Position numbers and translations under genes: made by a program
Part shown: positions 12,518 through 23,982 of the stretch, piece by piece
How positions within the stretch are numbered: position 1 is the stretch's first letter
Layout of the letters: each line of letters begins with the position of its first letter
Assembly: GCF_003704095.1 (NCBI RefSeq)
Contig: NW_020845355.1
Location: 1-64,000, forward strand
Length of the DNA: 64,000 nucleotides
Direction: 5' to 3'
Source: Pocillopora damicornis
Lineage: Eukaryota
The notes under the pieces: model-generated
Seen by the model: the letters and a program-made list of their open reading frames with translations, nothing else
The model's database searches: none
Told to the model about the DNA's origin: nothing

Positions 12518-13368
12518 TTCAGCAAACTGTTTTTTCCTCCCACGATGCAACAAGAATACCCTTTTTGTAGCAAAATAAGAATATACCAAATGATTTAACG
12601 ATAAATTTTTCTACGAGACAAGGAAAACAGCAATATTTCATTTTCTTGTTGTAATGATATCGTTATAGGTTTCTTAAGATATCAATAAACCATGTTTTGT
12701 TCAGTTTGATTTCAAATCAGAAGAAAAGAGGGTGACCTCTGGGGCTGCCTCAATATTTGAATTTTATTCTTTCGCTGTGTCGGACTTACGAAATATGGTC
12801 AAATGATAGCAAGAAACTTTTTGCTATGAGTAGCCCCTCCTTTTCTACGAAGCCCGTCGCGCAAGTAAAAAGAGGTCGCACCCAGAGCTCCCCGCGGCAT
12901 GCTGAAATTAATTTTTTCCCACTTTTTTTTTACCCGAGAACGAGAAACTGCTTCTAGTCTAATAAAATCCAGAAACTTCTTCATCCGTAATCCTTTACCA
13001 TGAAAGAAAGAAAGAAAGAAAGAAAATACGCTTAAGATTATATATGCGAAAGTTAAAATCGCGAAATTACTGTGAATTACTTTCATACAAGAGATTATAA
13101 ACAGTTTATAATCTGTTTCACACATATATATTATATATATACATAAATATATAGGAAGTCTGTGTATTGATTTTTCCGTTTTACAGTGCTCGATACGTAA
13201 AAGTAGAGCGTGATATTTGTTGCAATAGGGGAAAAAACAGAGAGACTATACTTTCATCAAGCCTGTTTTGTGGTTGCTCACTCATCAGGGGATTTTATTG
13301 TTAACAATTTTCGTACTGTCGTTTATATACTTTATAAATTTGCATAAAGATAATACTTTAATTGTTAC

Positions 13369-13374
<6 letters not shown>

Positions 13375-13415
<41 letters not shown>
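13375..13415. repeat. (AT)n microsatellite
   Basis: About 20 uninterrupted AT units. Confidence 0.95.
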
Positions 13416-13421
<6 letters not shown>

Positions 13422-13476
13422 CATTTATAGATATATATACAGTTCAAAATGACTAAAATGAAACACGCATGATTCC

Positions 13477-13568
13477 CTGTAACTCTGAGTTTCGTGCTTA
13501 CGCACTCGTGATCTGTCTGACGAGTGCGTAAATTGAATCTGACGTAAATTAAATCTGACGAGTGCGTA
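13477..13568. other. Hammerhead ribozyme motif broken by an inversion (Penelope-like remnant)
   Basis: Plus strand has CTGT-CTGACGA-GTGC-GTAA (13513-13531; partial repeat 13554-13568); minus strand 13509-13477 has ACGA-GTGC-GTAA-GCAC-GAAA-CT-CAG-AG-TT-ACAG. Confidence 0.6.
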
Positions 13569-13789
13569 GGGAAAAAGCAAAGTAATACGATAAATTATAA
13601 AACAGGAAGAAGTTGAAAGACGCNNNNNNNNNNNNNNNNNNNNNNNNNNNNNNNNNNNNNNNNNNNNNNNNNNNNNNNNNNNNNNNNNNNNNNNNNNNNN
13701 NNNNNNNNNNNNNNNNNNNNNNNTTTTTTTTATTTTTTCACAAAAGGGTAATCGTGTTGCATCGTGGGAGGAAAAAACAGTTTGCTGCT

Positions 13790-14653
13790 ATGGATTTGAA
13801 CTCGTGGAACACGTTCTGGCTCCTGTGTTTTGGATTGTTGGCGATACTGATCGTCGTTGGAAATACGCTAACCATCTGGATATTCCTGAAGCAGAAACAA
13901 CGCAAACGAACTTCTTTTCTTCTAATCAGCTTGTCTGTTGCTGATTTACTTGTGGGATTGTTGACCATCCCTCTTTTTATAGGAGCATATGAAGCATCTT
14001 TGATAACTGTAGACACGGTATTCCTCCGTGTTGACGTTTTCACAGCGTTGGCTTCCATCTACACCCTTGGCGTCATTTCCCTGGAGAGGATGTTTGCCGT
14101 CGCTTGGCCTTATCGTCATAGAACTTTGAAACTTCGTGCTTACATCTGTGCCATTGCCACACCATGGATCATGGCAACCATAATCACTGTTTTAGTTTTC
14201 ACTCTCAACAGCGTAAGGGGCCTTCTTATTTTTTGTCCTGCCGCGCCTCTTATAGTTATGTGTCTCGCATATTATGTTATCTGGAAGAAACAAAGATCAT
14301 CGGTGGGTAACCAGAATCAGTCAAGAGAGGCTAGGTTAGCAAAGACTTTATTTTTGATAACGGGAGCTTCTATATTGACTTGGCTTCCATTTCAAATTCT
14401 TAATATAGTGCTACAATTTGGCGTTACAGAAAATATTTTGTACTCGACATTGACAATCCTACTCGTTAGGGTCTTACAATTTAGCAATTCTCTCGTGAAC
14501 GTGATAATTTATCCGTTTAGAATCCCAGGATTTAGGAAAACTCTTCGGCGGATGCTCCGCTGTCGTCAAAGGTTCAACGATCGGGCCCCAACGCCAGCCG
14601 TGTCAAGGTCTGTTGTGTTACCAGCGAACTCTAATCAGGAAATTGCACTGTAA
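13790..14653 (+). CDS. Class A GPCR family B copy B3, 287 aa (10-aa in-frame deletion in C-tail)
   Basis: Open ORF from MDLNSWN; lacks SLKRRKSSNF relative to B4. Confidence 0.92.
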   Translation: MDLNSWNTFWLLCFGLLAILIVVGNTLTIWIFLKQKQRKRTSFLLISLSVADLLVGLLTIPLFIGAYEASLITVDTVFLRVDVFTALASIYTLGVISLERMFAVAWPYRHRTLKLRAYICAIATPWIMATIITVLVFTLNSVRGLLIFCPAAPLIVMCLAYYVIWKKQRSSVGNQNQSREARLAKTLFLITGASILTWLPFQILNIVLQFGVTENILYSTLTILLVRVLQFSNSLVNVIIYPFRIPGFRKTLRRMLRCRQRFNDRAPTPAVSRSVVLPANSNQEIAL

Positions 14654-15055
14654 ATCAATCAGTGTCTTTAATTCTAGATAAACTTATCCTCTCTAAGTAT
14701 GGGGGTGGGATTTATGTAAGGCTTAGTGCTGGGATAGGTTAGAAATTGAGAAGAGGCACATAGTCTCTTTTCGTAGAGTCAAGCATCTCATCAGGGGCTT
14801 TAACATGTTAAAATGTGTCTGAAAAGAGAAACGTCAGACCTTNNNNNNNNNNNNNNNNNNNNNNNNNNNNNNNNNNNNNNNNNNNNNNNNNNNNNNNNNN
14901 NNNNNNNNNNNNNNNNNNNNNNNNNNNNNNNNNNNNNNNNNNCTGTTTTACTTGTCTCGTAGAAAAATTTATCGTTAAATCATTTGGTATATTCTTATTT
15001 GGCTACAAAAAGGGTATTCTTGTTGCATCGTGGGAGGAAAAAACAGTTTGCTGAA

Positions 15056-15949
15056 ATGGATTTGAGCTCATGGAACATATTCTGGCTCCTGTGTTTTGGA
15101 TTGTTGGCGATACTGATCGTCTTTGGAAACACTATAACCATCTGGATATTTCTGAAGCAGAAACAACGCAAACGAACTTCTTTTCTTCTAATCAGCTTGT
15201 CTGTTGCTGATTTACTTGTGGGATTGTTGTCCATCCCTCTTTTTATAGCAGCATATGAAGCATCTTTGATAACTGTAGACACGGTATTCCTCCGTGTTGA
15301 CGTTTTCACAGCGTTAGCTTCCATCTACACCCTTGGCGTCATTTCTGTGGAGAGGATGTTTGCCTTCGCTTGGCCTTATCATCACAGAACTTTGAAACTT
15401 CGTGCTTACATCTGTGCTATTGCCACACCATGGATCATGGCAACAATAATCACTGTTTTACTTTTTACTCTTAACAGCGTAAGGGGCCTTCTTATTTTTT
15501 GTCCTGCCGCGCCTCTTATAGTTATGTGTCTCGCATATTATGTTATCTGGAAGAAACAGAGATCATCGATGGGTAACCAGAATCAGTCAAGAGAGGCTAG
15601 GTTAGCAAAGACTTTATTTTTGATAACGGGAGCTTCTATATTGACTTGGCTTCCATTTCAAATTCTTAATATAGTGCTACAATTTGGCATTACAGCAAAT
15701 TTTTCGTACTCGACATTGTCAATCCTACTCGTTAGGGTCTTACAATTTAGCAATTCTCTCGTGAACGTGATAATTTATCCGTTTAGAATCCCAGGATTTA
15801 GAAATACCCTTTGGCGGATGCTCCGTTGCCGTCAAAGGTTCGACGATCCGGCCCTAACGCCAGCTAGGTCAGGGTCTGTTGTGTCCCTGAAGAGACGAAA
15901 GAGTTCCAATTTTTTACCAGCGAACCCTAATCAGGAAATTGCATTGTAA
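15056..15949 (+). CDS. Class A GPCR family B copy B4, 297 aa
   Basis: Open ORF from MDLSSWN; highly similar to B2 and B3. Confidence 0.92.
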   Translation: MDLSSWNIFWLLCFGLLAILIVFGNTITIWIFLKQKQRKRTSFLLISLSVADLLVGLLSIPLFIAAYEASLITVDTVFLRVDVFTALASIYTLGVISVERMFAFAWPYHHRTLKLRAYICAIATPWIMATIITVLLFTLNSVRGLLIFCPAAPLIVMCLAYYVIWKKQRSSMGNQNQSREARLAKTLFLITGASILTWLPFQILNIVLQFGITANFSYSTLSILLVRVLQFSNSLVNVIIYPFRIPGFRNTLWRMLRCRQRFDDPALTPARSGSVVSLKRRKSSNFLPANPNQEIAL

Positions 15950-16222
15950 ATCTGTCATTGTCTTCACTTTTAAATAAACTCATCTGCTTTAAGTATGGAG
16001 GTGGGATTTATGTAAGGCGTGGTGCTGGGATAGGTTATAAATTGGGAAGAGGCACCTAGTCTCCTTTCCTCCTTTCTTAGAGCCTGACATCTCATCAGGG
16101 GCTTTAACATTTTAAAATGTGTCTGAAAAGAGAAACGTCAGTCCTTGTCTGGGAACTGCCCCTTCGCTTCAATTCTTCTACAAAGTCTTAGTTTGAGCTC
16201 GTCAATCGCGCAAAAATTATAG

Positions 16223-16698
16223 TGTTATGAGTAATTGCTGTAAATATAAGCTTCTAGAAATCTCTAGACTGATTAGTCATACTGACTTACATATCATGGA
16301 ACTTTCCAAAACATTTCATCAAGTTACGCAGTTATTAGGAAATACTATTAAAAAAGGTCTTTTGTAAGCCTCTGGAAGGTTTCATAAAATATGTTAAGAT
16401 TCACTTACGTAGTAGTAGGAGTAGTTGTTGCTGTCGGAGCGACGACTGTCTTTTAAAGCTATACCGAGAGAGAGTTACTGCGGAAGATTGCTCATTTCAA
16501 AGAACTTTGGAGATTGTGTCAGTGGCGAGCTGGGATAAAGACTGTGGTGGGCTTCGTGGGCTTATTAAGCTTAGTAACGATAAGTATTGTACTGATTTTG
16601 GGAGTCGCTCCTTGTTAAGAACAGTAATCGCTGTGTAATAAAGTAGTTGAGTTTGTAGGATTGTTGTCTTTTTCCGGCGGTCAGATTATACCGTGACA
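16223..16698. mobile_element. Solo LTR (probably Gypsy/Ty3-type), 476 bp
   Basis: Starts TGTTATG and ends CGTGACA (TG...CA, imperfect terminal IR); exact 4-bp TSD ATAG (16219-16222, 16699-16702); internal AATAAA at ~16637. Confidence 0.75.
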
Positions 16699-17491
16699 AT
16701 AGGTTTACTCCTCCATCAAGTTCTTCGGGGAAGGCCTCAGTGGGGCAAATTTTTGGCGAACGAGTGCTCAGTATTTCTTCATGAAAGGGGACCCTGAATA
16801 ACGGGAAAAATTCTTAATGCAACCTGTTCCAACGCTTTGTAGAAGATTCTTTAGAAATGACCCAGCGAACTCTGCATGAAAACGAGACAACTGCATGAAA
16901 CGTCACAAAAACGTCGAAGATCTAGATCTATGTTATCACTGATATCATGAGCTCATGTTTAGTGTATGTGTTACAAGCTTAGTCACGTTATGTTGGTCGA
17001 ATAAAATGACTTTTAACCTTCCTACCATGTCTAAAATGTTTATGATACTAGGTACAATATGACGGTTGGTCATTAATTCTCAGAGGATAGTGGATATCGA
17101 TGCCTGAACGTAACAATGGCGCAATAAACGTTTACAGTGTCATTGTTTTTTGGTTCAAATAAGCTGATCATGCATTGTTATAGCTGTCTCTTATATACAT
17201 GCGAGTTTGGAAAAGGATCTTTTTGAGGCAATTTTACGAATGACCTCATATTTATGCATCTGAATGATTACCATATTTATCGAATTCCTAAATTTGATGT
17301 CAGCGAAGTTACCTCCGGATAGCTGTTTATTGACTCATTTATGATCTGACATAACACTTTTGTTAGTTCTTCTTCTCCTAGCGGAATAGAAGCACTTTCA
17401 AACTTAAAATTTAAAAGAGGCACTGTCGATAATATAGACGGAGATTTACAGAGTTTGGTTTTTAAACTTAAAGCGGGAAATAAACGCCCTC

Positions 17492-18122
17492 ATGGAAGAA
17501 ATTCGTCACATCACTGCCGAAGAGGAGAGCTTGAAATCAGAAGTTACGGAACTGAGTCGCCCCAAAACGATGTTGCAGGCAAACATAATTACCTTAGACA
17601 AATTTGTGGAGTATGATAAGGATTTTATTATCTATACAGGATTTCCTAACCGCGCAGTGTTCGATAGTATCTATGCATGTTTAAACCCTGGAAGCGAAGG
17701 AAATATTATCTACTGGCATTCACAATCAGATGATTTTATGGAAAGTTAGAGAGCTGGTGAGGATTCCACTAAACATGGCAGCTAAAAATCAAAGTAATAA
17801 TTTTGAAAAACTCTCTGTTTGTTGAGGCAAGGGTTCAGGGAACGGCATTTAACCAATTTATTAAATATATCTCGGACTCCTCTGAGCTGCATCATCATTT
17901 CGTGGATAAATTTTATGTTTTTGAAAATTGCCACCTTTCCATTGTGGCCTTCAAGGGAAAAGTTGAGGGACATATGCCTGCCGATTTAAAGGAAAAAGAT
18001 ACTCATCCACCAGAGTCATCGTCGACGGCACTGAGGTTGGGTGCCAGATGCACGAGAGTCTCCGTCTAAAAGTAATGAGCTTTACAGCTCATAAATGACC
18101 CACAACACTCAGGGTTGGTTGG
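17492..18122 (+). mobile_element. Degraded PIF/Harbinger (HTH_Tnp_4 + DDE_Tnp_4-type) transposase, copy 2
   Basis: Across frames: YTGFPNRAVF..LNP; LRQGFRERHLTNLLNIS...SWINFMFLK...LWPSRE; MPADLKEK; TRVIVDGTE; multiple stops and frameshifts. Confidence 0.8.
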
Positions 18123-18675
18123 TATGAACCAAAGAAGCCAAGAGGGCATTCCCCAAATCGAGTGTCTTCCAGAGGTAAATTGCACTCAGTGGATGTGTTA
18201 AAACTAGCCCAAGCTTGGAACTGTGCTGGACAAGAGGCGACGTTTACGCTTTGTATGAATAAAGTTCTCGTTTGGGTCGACAAGTAAACGTGTGGAATAT
18301 TTGTCTTGAAGTACTCGTTCACCCTGAACAAAAAAAAAGAGCACAAAGAAACAAGCAGTTTGGCCAAGTCTTTAGGTGACATGTACGTACCGCTTACAGA
18401 GTTACCTAACGCCTTTGTTGACAATCCTTTGCACGAATCGCCCCGACATTGTAGCCATAACATAAGTTCAGCATTCTTTAACCGAGACGAAGGAACACTC
18501 CCATTTGAACAACTTTAAGGAATATCTCCATCGGCTCGAAATGAAGGACCGCTTCAACGTTTTTCTCGAAGACGCCACCTGTGGCCCTCGATGCCTCGTT
18601 TTAATGCTATTCGAACCAGATTATCTCGGTTAGCTACCATTTTGGAATGATGCGAACAATAATAATAAATATATG

Positions 18676-18860
18676 TTATTCACCAGACGGGAGGTCTGTA
18701 TCGGGAAAAACTGTGCCCGAGGTCTTGGATACAGGCCTCGGGCGGTACACAAGACAGAGTAATAACATTTTTATTTTTTTTCTAAAACCTAACAAATGGT
18801 TGCGAAAAGAACCCATGGAGCTGTGAGCGGGCCGGATGGGGAGAATACTGCCCGCTCTCA
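18676..18860. repeat. Interspersed repeat fragment (unclassified non-autonomous element end)
   Basis: GC-richer block (gggaggtctgtatcgggaaaaactgtgcccgaggtc...gcctcgggc) with a local inverted repeat; resembles abundant cnidarian repeats from recall only. Confidence 0.35.
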
Positions 18861-20499
18861 GACACGAAGATAAAATAAAATTTGAACCGGGGATAAAATT
18901 GAACCACAACGTAGACGTGCAGAGTTGCGAAACCTTTCGCTGTCTCGTCTATAGAAATGAAATATCATAAAAATTCGTTAATCAGCCAAACAACTTTGAA
19001 GCAAATCAAAAGAAGCAAAACATGTTTTTTATCAACGATTACATGTTCATTCATCCCTCTACAAGCCCACATGCGTATAACTTTAAACCTCCGTAACACG
19101 GCTTTTTCACAGGATGCAAGGCGATCACGAGGTTCACGTTTCGCGTGGTCTGGAAGTTATAATGTAACTATGTACCACAACAAATTCGTGCTCGCGTTCT
19201 CTTTCCCTCAGATGAAGGAAAAGAAAGTCAGACAAACAATGGGTAAACTTCTCCCTCTTCTATTGGAAGTAGGACTTCATTGCTGGACACTTGTAATTTT
19301 GTCAAACTCCCACGCTCGACATACGCATCTCCACGCGCGAGAATATAGAGCTTATTTCATATTCATTCACTGACTTTTATTTATCTTTTAACTTAGTCAT
19401 TTATTTCCAAAACTTATCCACCTGTTTGTTTCATATTTTTTTAATGTCGTATATTTATAAGTAATAATAATCCTCGTATTAGATATTTGTGTCGCAAGTA
19501 AGAAGCATATTCATGGCATGCACGTGCCAACCAATATATATATATATCATAAAAAAAAAAAACATTTAAAACCTTTTTTCCTCAAAGCCAGAATCTATAC
19601 TTTATGGTATGCTATTTTCCATGCTTTAATTATTTTAACACCTCTTCGTACACGTACAGAAATAATACAGACCAGTTGTAAGATTACTGGGCCGTTGAAA
19701 AGTCACAAGGCATCCTGTAGTATGTAATTTCCTGGGTTTTATTTTTGAAAATAACCATATATTTCGAATATCGTAAAGGTTACATGAATTTAAACAGCAT
19801 AACAACCTTTAGTGTTGACTGATGCTAAAAGTTTCAGTATTGTGCCAAATTCACGGAAATGATAATAATTGATTTTCGGGCTTCGTTTTTGCATTGCTTC
19901 CTGGACATATCGGCTGTGTTTCGCTCGTTGGTTGCGTGGATGAAAGAAAAAGCAAAACTGAAAACAAAAAAGATGGAAATCGAAGATTAATAACTTAATC
20001 AACGAACGAAGCAATTTATAATTACAGCAAAGTTTGCCAAACCAGGAACACGTGGAGCTGATAGCGCGCGCAATATACTTTTAGGAGTCTATTTTCATTC
20101 TTCTTCGGTTAGCATTCATTCCGTTACCAATATTGATCCTTATTGTATCTTTTAAGAAACGAAACATAGTTTCTAGGATAAGTTGGGTTTTGCTAAGATT
20201 TCTGTTTAGGCGCCAGTTTCAAAATTTTCCAGATTATTTTCCATTCCATCGGAATGAACACGAGACTGCTAAAGAATGCCTATTTATTTAAAAAAAAAGG
20301 ACGAAATTAGGTTAGGCGTTGAGGATGCTTCAATTGGTTAACGAGATACGAATTATAACTGAAAAATGCAACTGAATTTGCTGAGTTCAGTTGAAGCGTT
20401 GCTACTCTTGGCCTATCCTTGGAACTGATACAGTATTTGATATGCTCTATAAGATTTTCTAATTCTAAGTTTAGCTGTCATTTTGCTTGTATTGATATC

Positions 20500-21010
20500 A
20501 TAATAAAGTTCGGGTGTAATGCGCGTCTTCATTGGTTGAAAGAGCATCCTCGATCAGAGAACAGAGCTTAGAGTTGAGTTGAAGCTGTCACGCCATCTGC
20601 CGCTTTACATTATGCCCAACCTTTCATAGACTTCTCTCTAGCTTTTTTTCGTTAATTGAAAGTGAAACTTTGGAACAAGTGAGCCGCTAAGTAGCAACAG
20701 AAGAACCGAACAAAGGTTTGAAAACATGCCAAGCGCCTCAATTTACATTGTTATATCGTGAGCAGAGACGAAAATCCTCAATGAGAAAACGACAGGGATA
20801 GTCCGACTTTTGAAGGTTTTCACGCTCAGTTAGATTGCAAGCTTACTTACGGTACAAACAAATAAAACACTGCTAATACTTATAGTATACGTGATTTCGT
20901 GTTCAAAACAGATCAAGACAGGAATGATAAAAAATATAGCCAAATTAGCACAACTGTTAAAAGTAACTGATCATGCTGAGGTCCATCGCGGCTAGCACAT
21001 AATGGCGATC
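20500..21010 (+). mobile_element. Partial copy of the hairpin-ended element at 57381-58728
   Basis: ataataaagttcgg...cattggttgaaagagc...atggcgatct aligns with 57382-57931. Confidence 0.8.
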
Positions 21011-22099
21011 TGCTTAAAGGAAACGATAAATCGCTGAACACAATTCTACGTCTTGGAAATCTCACCCATGCAACCATCTGTTACCTTATTGAATGAGTTA
21101 AACAACGCTATTTAGAATTGTTAACGTAACTCATCAAAATAACCGATCAGAGTGTATATAACCAGTGAGAGAAACTATTAACTCCTTTTAAATCCCTAGC
21201 CACAGGCAACAGTCATCCTTTAATTGTCGCGTATCATAAATAATTGAAAAGAAAAAGAAAGAAAAGAAAAAAAATTAAAAAGGCTTTTTTGAAAAAAATG
21301 TTAATCAACTCTCAGTCCGCAATTTTCTTATTGAACAGCTGTGCTCATCACATGAAGGTTTTGCTATGCAAGCACCCTGTTCGATTCTAAGTGTTATTCC
21401 CGGGAAAATTATGAAGAGATCGAGGATCCATATCATCGAAGAAGGTTTTCATAGATGAGGTAAGCTATAAAATTATTTAACATCAGATGACAAATTATTT
21501 CAGCCTCGGGTTAGTTCACTATCCATATGTTTTATGGATCCATTCTATTTTTTTTTACCATGCAGCCTTTATACAAAAACCACAGAACAGAAAATCATGC
21601 GTCCATTTTGTACATATTGTTAAATATTATTATTCAGTGCGCGATCTACTGTTTTCTTATTGAACGGCTTTGCATAACCTATAAAATGCTGAATTTTGCA
21701 ATGAGAAAGCATTGTTTGATTCTGAGTGTTATCGTCGGAAAGTTATTAAAAGCCTTTACATGGAATGACAAAACGAGATATTCGATAATAATCGTTTGCA
21801 TTACTTTTGCGGAGTTCTGTCTAAGAACGTTGTTTGAGATAAGACAAGATAAGCTATGCCAATTATTTACTTCACAAATAACTTTCAACCTTAAATTATT
21901 TTGTCAACTTCTACAAACGCTTCTACAAACGCTAAACACGGACTTGATACCACCTCTTCTATTCTTTTGCTTCTACTTGTGACAAGCATCAGTACCCATG
22001 CCGAAATTTGGGCCTCAATCCCCACTATAGTTCCGCCATGTTAGAAGGAAAGAGCTGACGTCAGCTTGATCAGGTTATCTATGGATATGTGCTGAATAT

Positions 22100-23235
22100 T
22101 TGCTGTCCATTGATATAAGCCTAAACCTGGGCCCTACAAATGAACTCGAAACTGAAGCATTGAAGCGCATTTTTTATCAAAATTTATGCCAACGAAGTAT
22201 CTTCATTTAGCGTGTAAGATCTGCAAGTGAATCTATCATCTTAATTGTCTGCACGCCGATTTTGAATTGAATCGATAGCATCGTCAGTGCAGTGAGAGCA
22301 ATCCAGAACCTGAAGAGACCAGTGAGCTGGGCGAGCATTTTATTCCACCGAAGCTGCGGGAGGTTATGATACTTTGAGGCCTAAATTTGTTCACCAAACC
22401 AAACAGGCTCTTAGCGAGAAAAGTAAACACTGAGCTAAGCTTCGCCTTTTGTTGCATAGACAGTACTCAAGAATACAATTGGTAACTTCGTCCGAGACAT
22501 GGCTAAAGCCCGACAGAAACGACGGTTAATTTGGGATCTCGGGTTACAGGCTTTTCAGAAAGGACAAATAGGTTAAATAAACCCTGGAGTGATTTTATAC
22601 GAGCGTTCGTCACGGTTACTGACCGACGCGCGCAAGTGATACAGAAGTGTGTGCTATTGAGAAGAGGCTCAGTGAAGAACTGTATAAAATTGAACGCTGA
22701 ATGTCTCAAACACTGAATCTAGGCGTGGAATTTGATGATCGCCTTAGTTGGAGCAGTCATGTTAGGCAAATGATCTTTAAAGAAAGCAAGTACATAGGCA
22801 TATTAGGCTCTCAACAGTAATTTCACAGCTCAGAGTGTCAGTGATGTCTACATATCGCTAATTAGACCAACATTAGATTATTGAAATACAGTGTGAGGTT
22901 GTTGCGGTAAGGAAAATTTTCAGTCATTAATTTTAAGAGTGAATTTTCAATCTTATGCATGAGTAAACATTGATTTTATGCAACTTGTTTATATAAAATT
23001 AATCTGTTGTAACTCTGAAATAACGTGTATTCTAAGTAACATTTGCGTAACATTCAATTTATTCAACTTTTATCTAACATTCATTTTTATGTAAATTTTA
23101 TTAAAACAATTCTCTGTTACCGTGCTTAGGGCTCTTATTGAATCAATTCTATGTCACTACGCCCAGGGTTCCTATTGATAGCAGGTTGTATTCAAGTGGC
23201 TGAAAAAGACCACCCTGAGCCTTAAAAGTAATTAA
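22100..23235 (+). mobile_element. Internally deleted, decayed CR1/L2-like LINE: 2A-like motif, PHD-like Cys/His, RT thumb, 3' tail
   Basis: LLSIDISLNLGP (22100-22135); CKICK*IYHLNC (22213-22248); LGVEFDDRLSWSSHV...IGIL (from 22719); YISLIRPTLDY*NTV*GCCG; AT-rich 3' UTR. Confidence 0.7.
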
Positions 23236-23982
23236 AGGTGCCTTCTGTCTGTTTTGAACATATTAGGAAAGATTATTGAGAGCTCGGCCGAGTACAGCTT
23301 ATAATTTAAGTGCTCATATCACAAAGCAAACTCCTGGTTCGATTCTGAGTGTTTTTGCCGGAACATTATAAAGAACCCGTGGATTCATATAAGAAGTTTT
23401 TTTTTAATGAGGTAGGCTATGGAAATTATTTACTTATCCATTCGCTTTTAGCTAAAAACTATTTTCGCAACTGAGGAGCATCACCATACTCTTTAATATT
23501 TCTGTTGATTCAACCAAAATTCAGGAAGAAGTGATTACAAGATCTAGCTTCTGAACTACAATGCCAATCTGTGACAATTACGTCTAAAATGCTTGGACTC
23601 AGTGAAGTCCATGTTCACACCATCTAATACGTTTTAGTTGTTATTTGTTTATGTAAAGATATTTTCAAAATACGTTGTCCTCTAACCTTATATGTAACGA
23701 TGGAGATGTGTTCAAATAATACATTGATAGCAAGATTTAACTGAAGAGCATATATGGCTGCCTAAAATTTATGTTGATTTTAACTTTATGCACGACTCGA
23801 AACTGTTATGAAAGATTGGTAGGTGACGTGCCTCAAACATACATTAGGACCGACCGGAAAACACATGCTTGATGCCGTGATTGTAAAAAAGAAACGAGCT
23901 TTTCTAGACAGCCTAACGTATTGGGAAGAAAATCAGTTATTTATTCACTTATTCATTCATTGCGCTTTTTCAGGTAGACAAG

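Noticed and set aside
12249-12578. Recurrent antisense ORFs (MEANAVKTSTRR..., MNDSNPL..., MPKSHFP...)
   Set aside because: Shadows of the duplicated GPCR sense strands; their recurrence is explained by paralogy.
12518-12589. N-terminal extensions in the ORF track (MVYSY..., MLFQVDK..., MLDK...)
   Set aside because: Mostly non-ATG starts, or running through putative splice acceptors; homology supports the downstream ATG.
21527-21982. 151-aa hydrophobic ORF, and similar AT-rich ORFs (18957-19373, 28240-28590)
   Set aside because: No motifs; the paralogous flank is interrupted by insertion and deletion, consistent with non-coding DNA.
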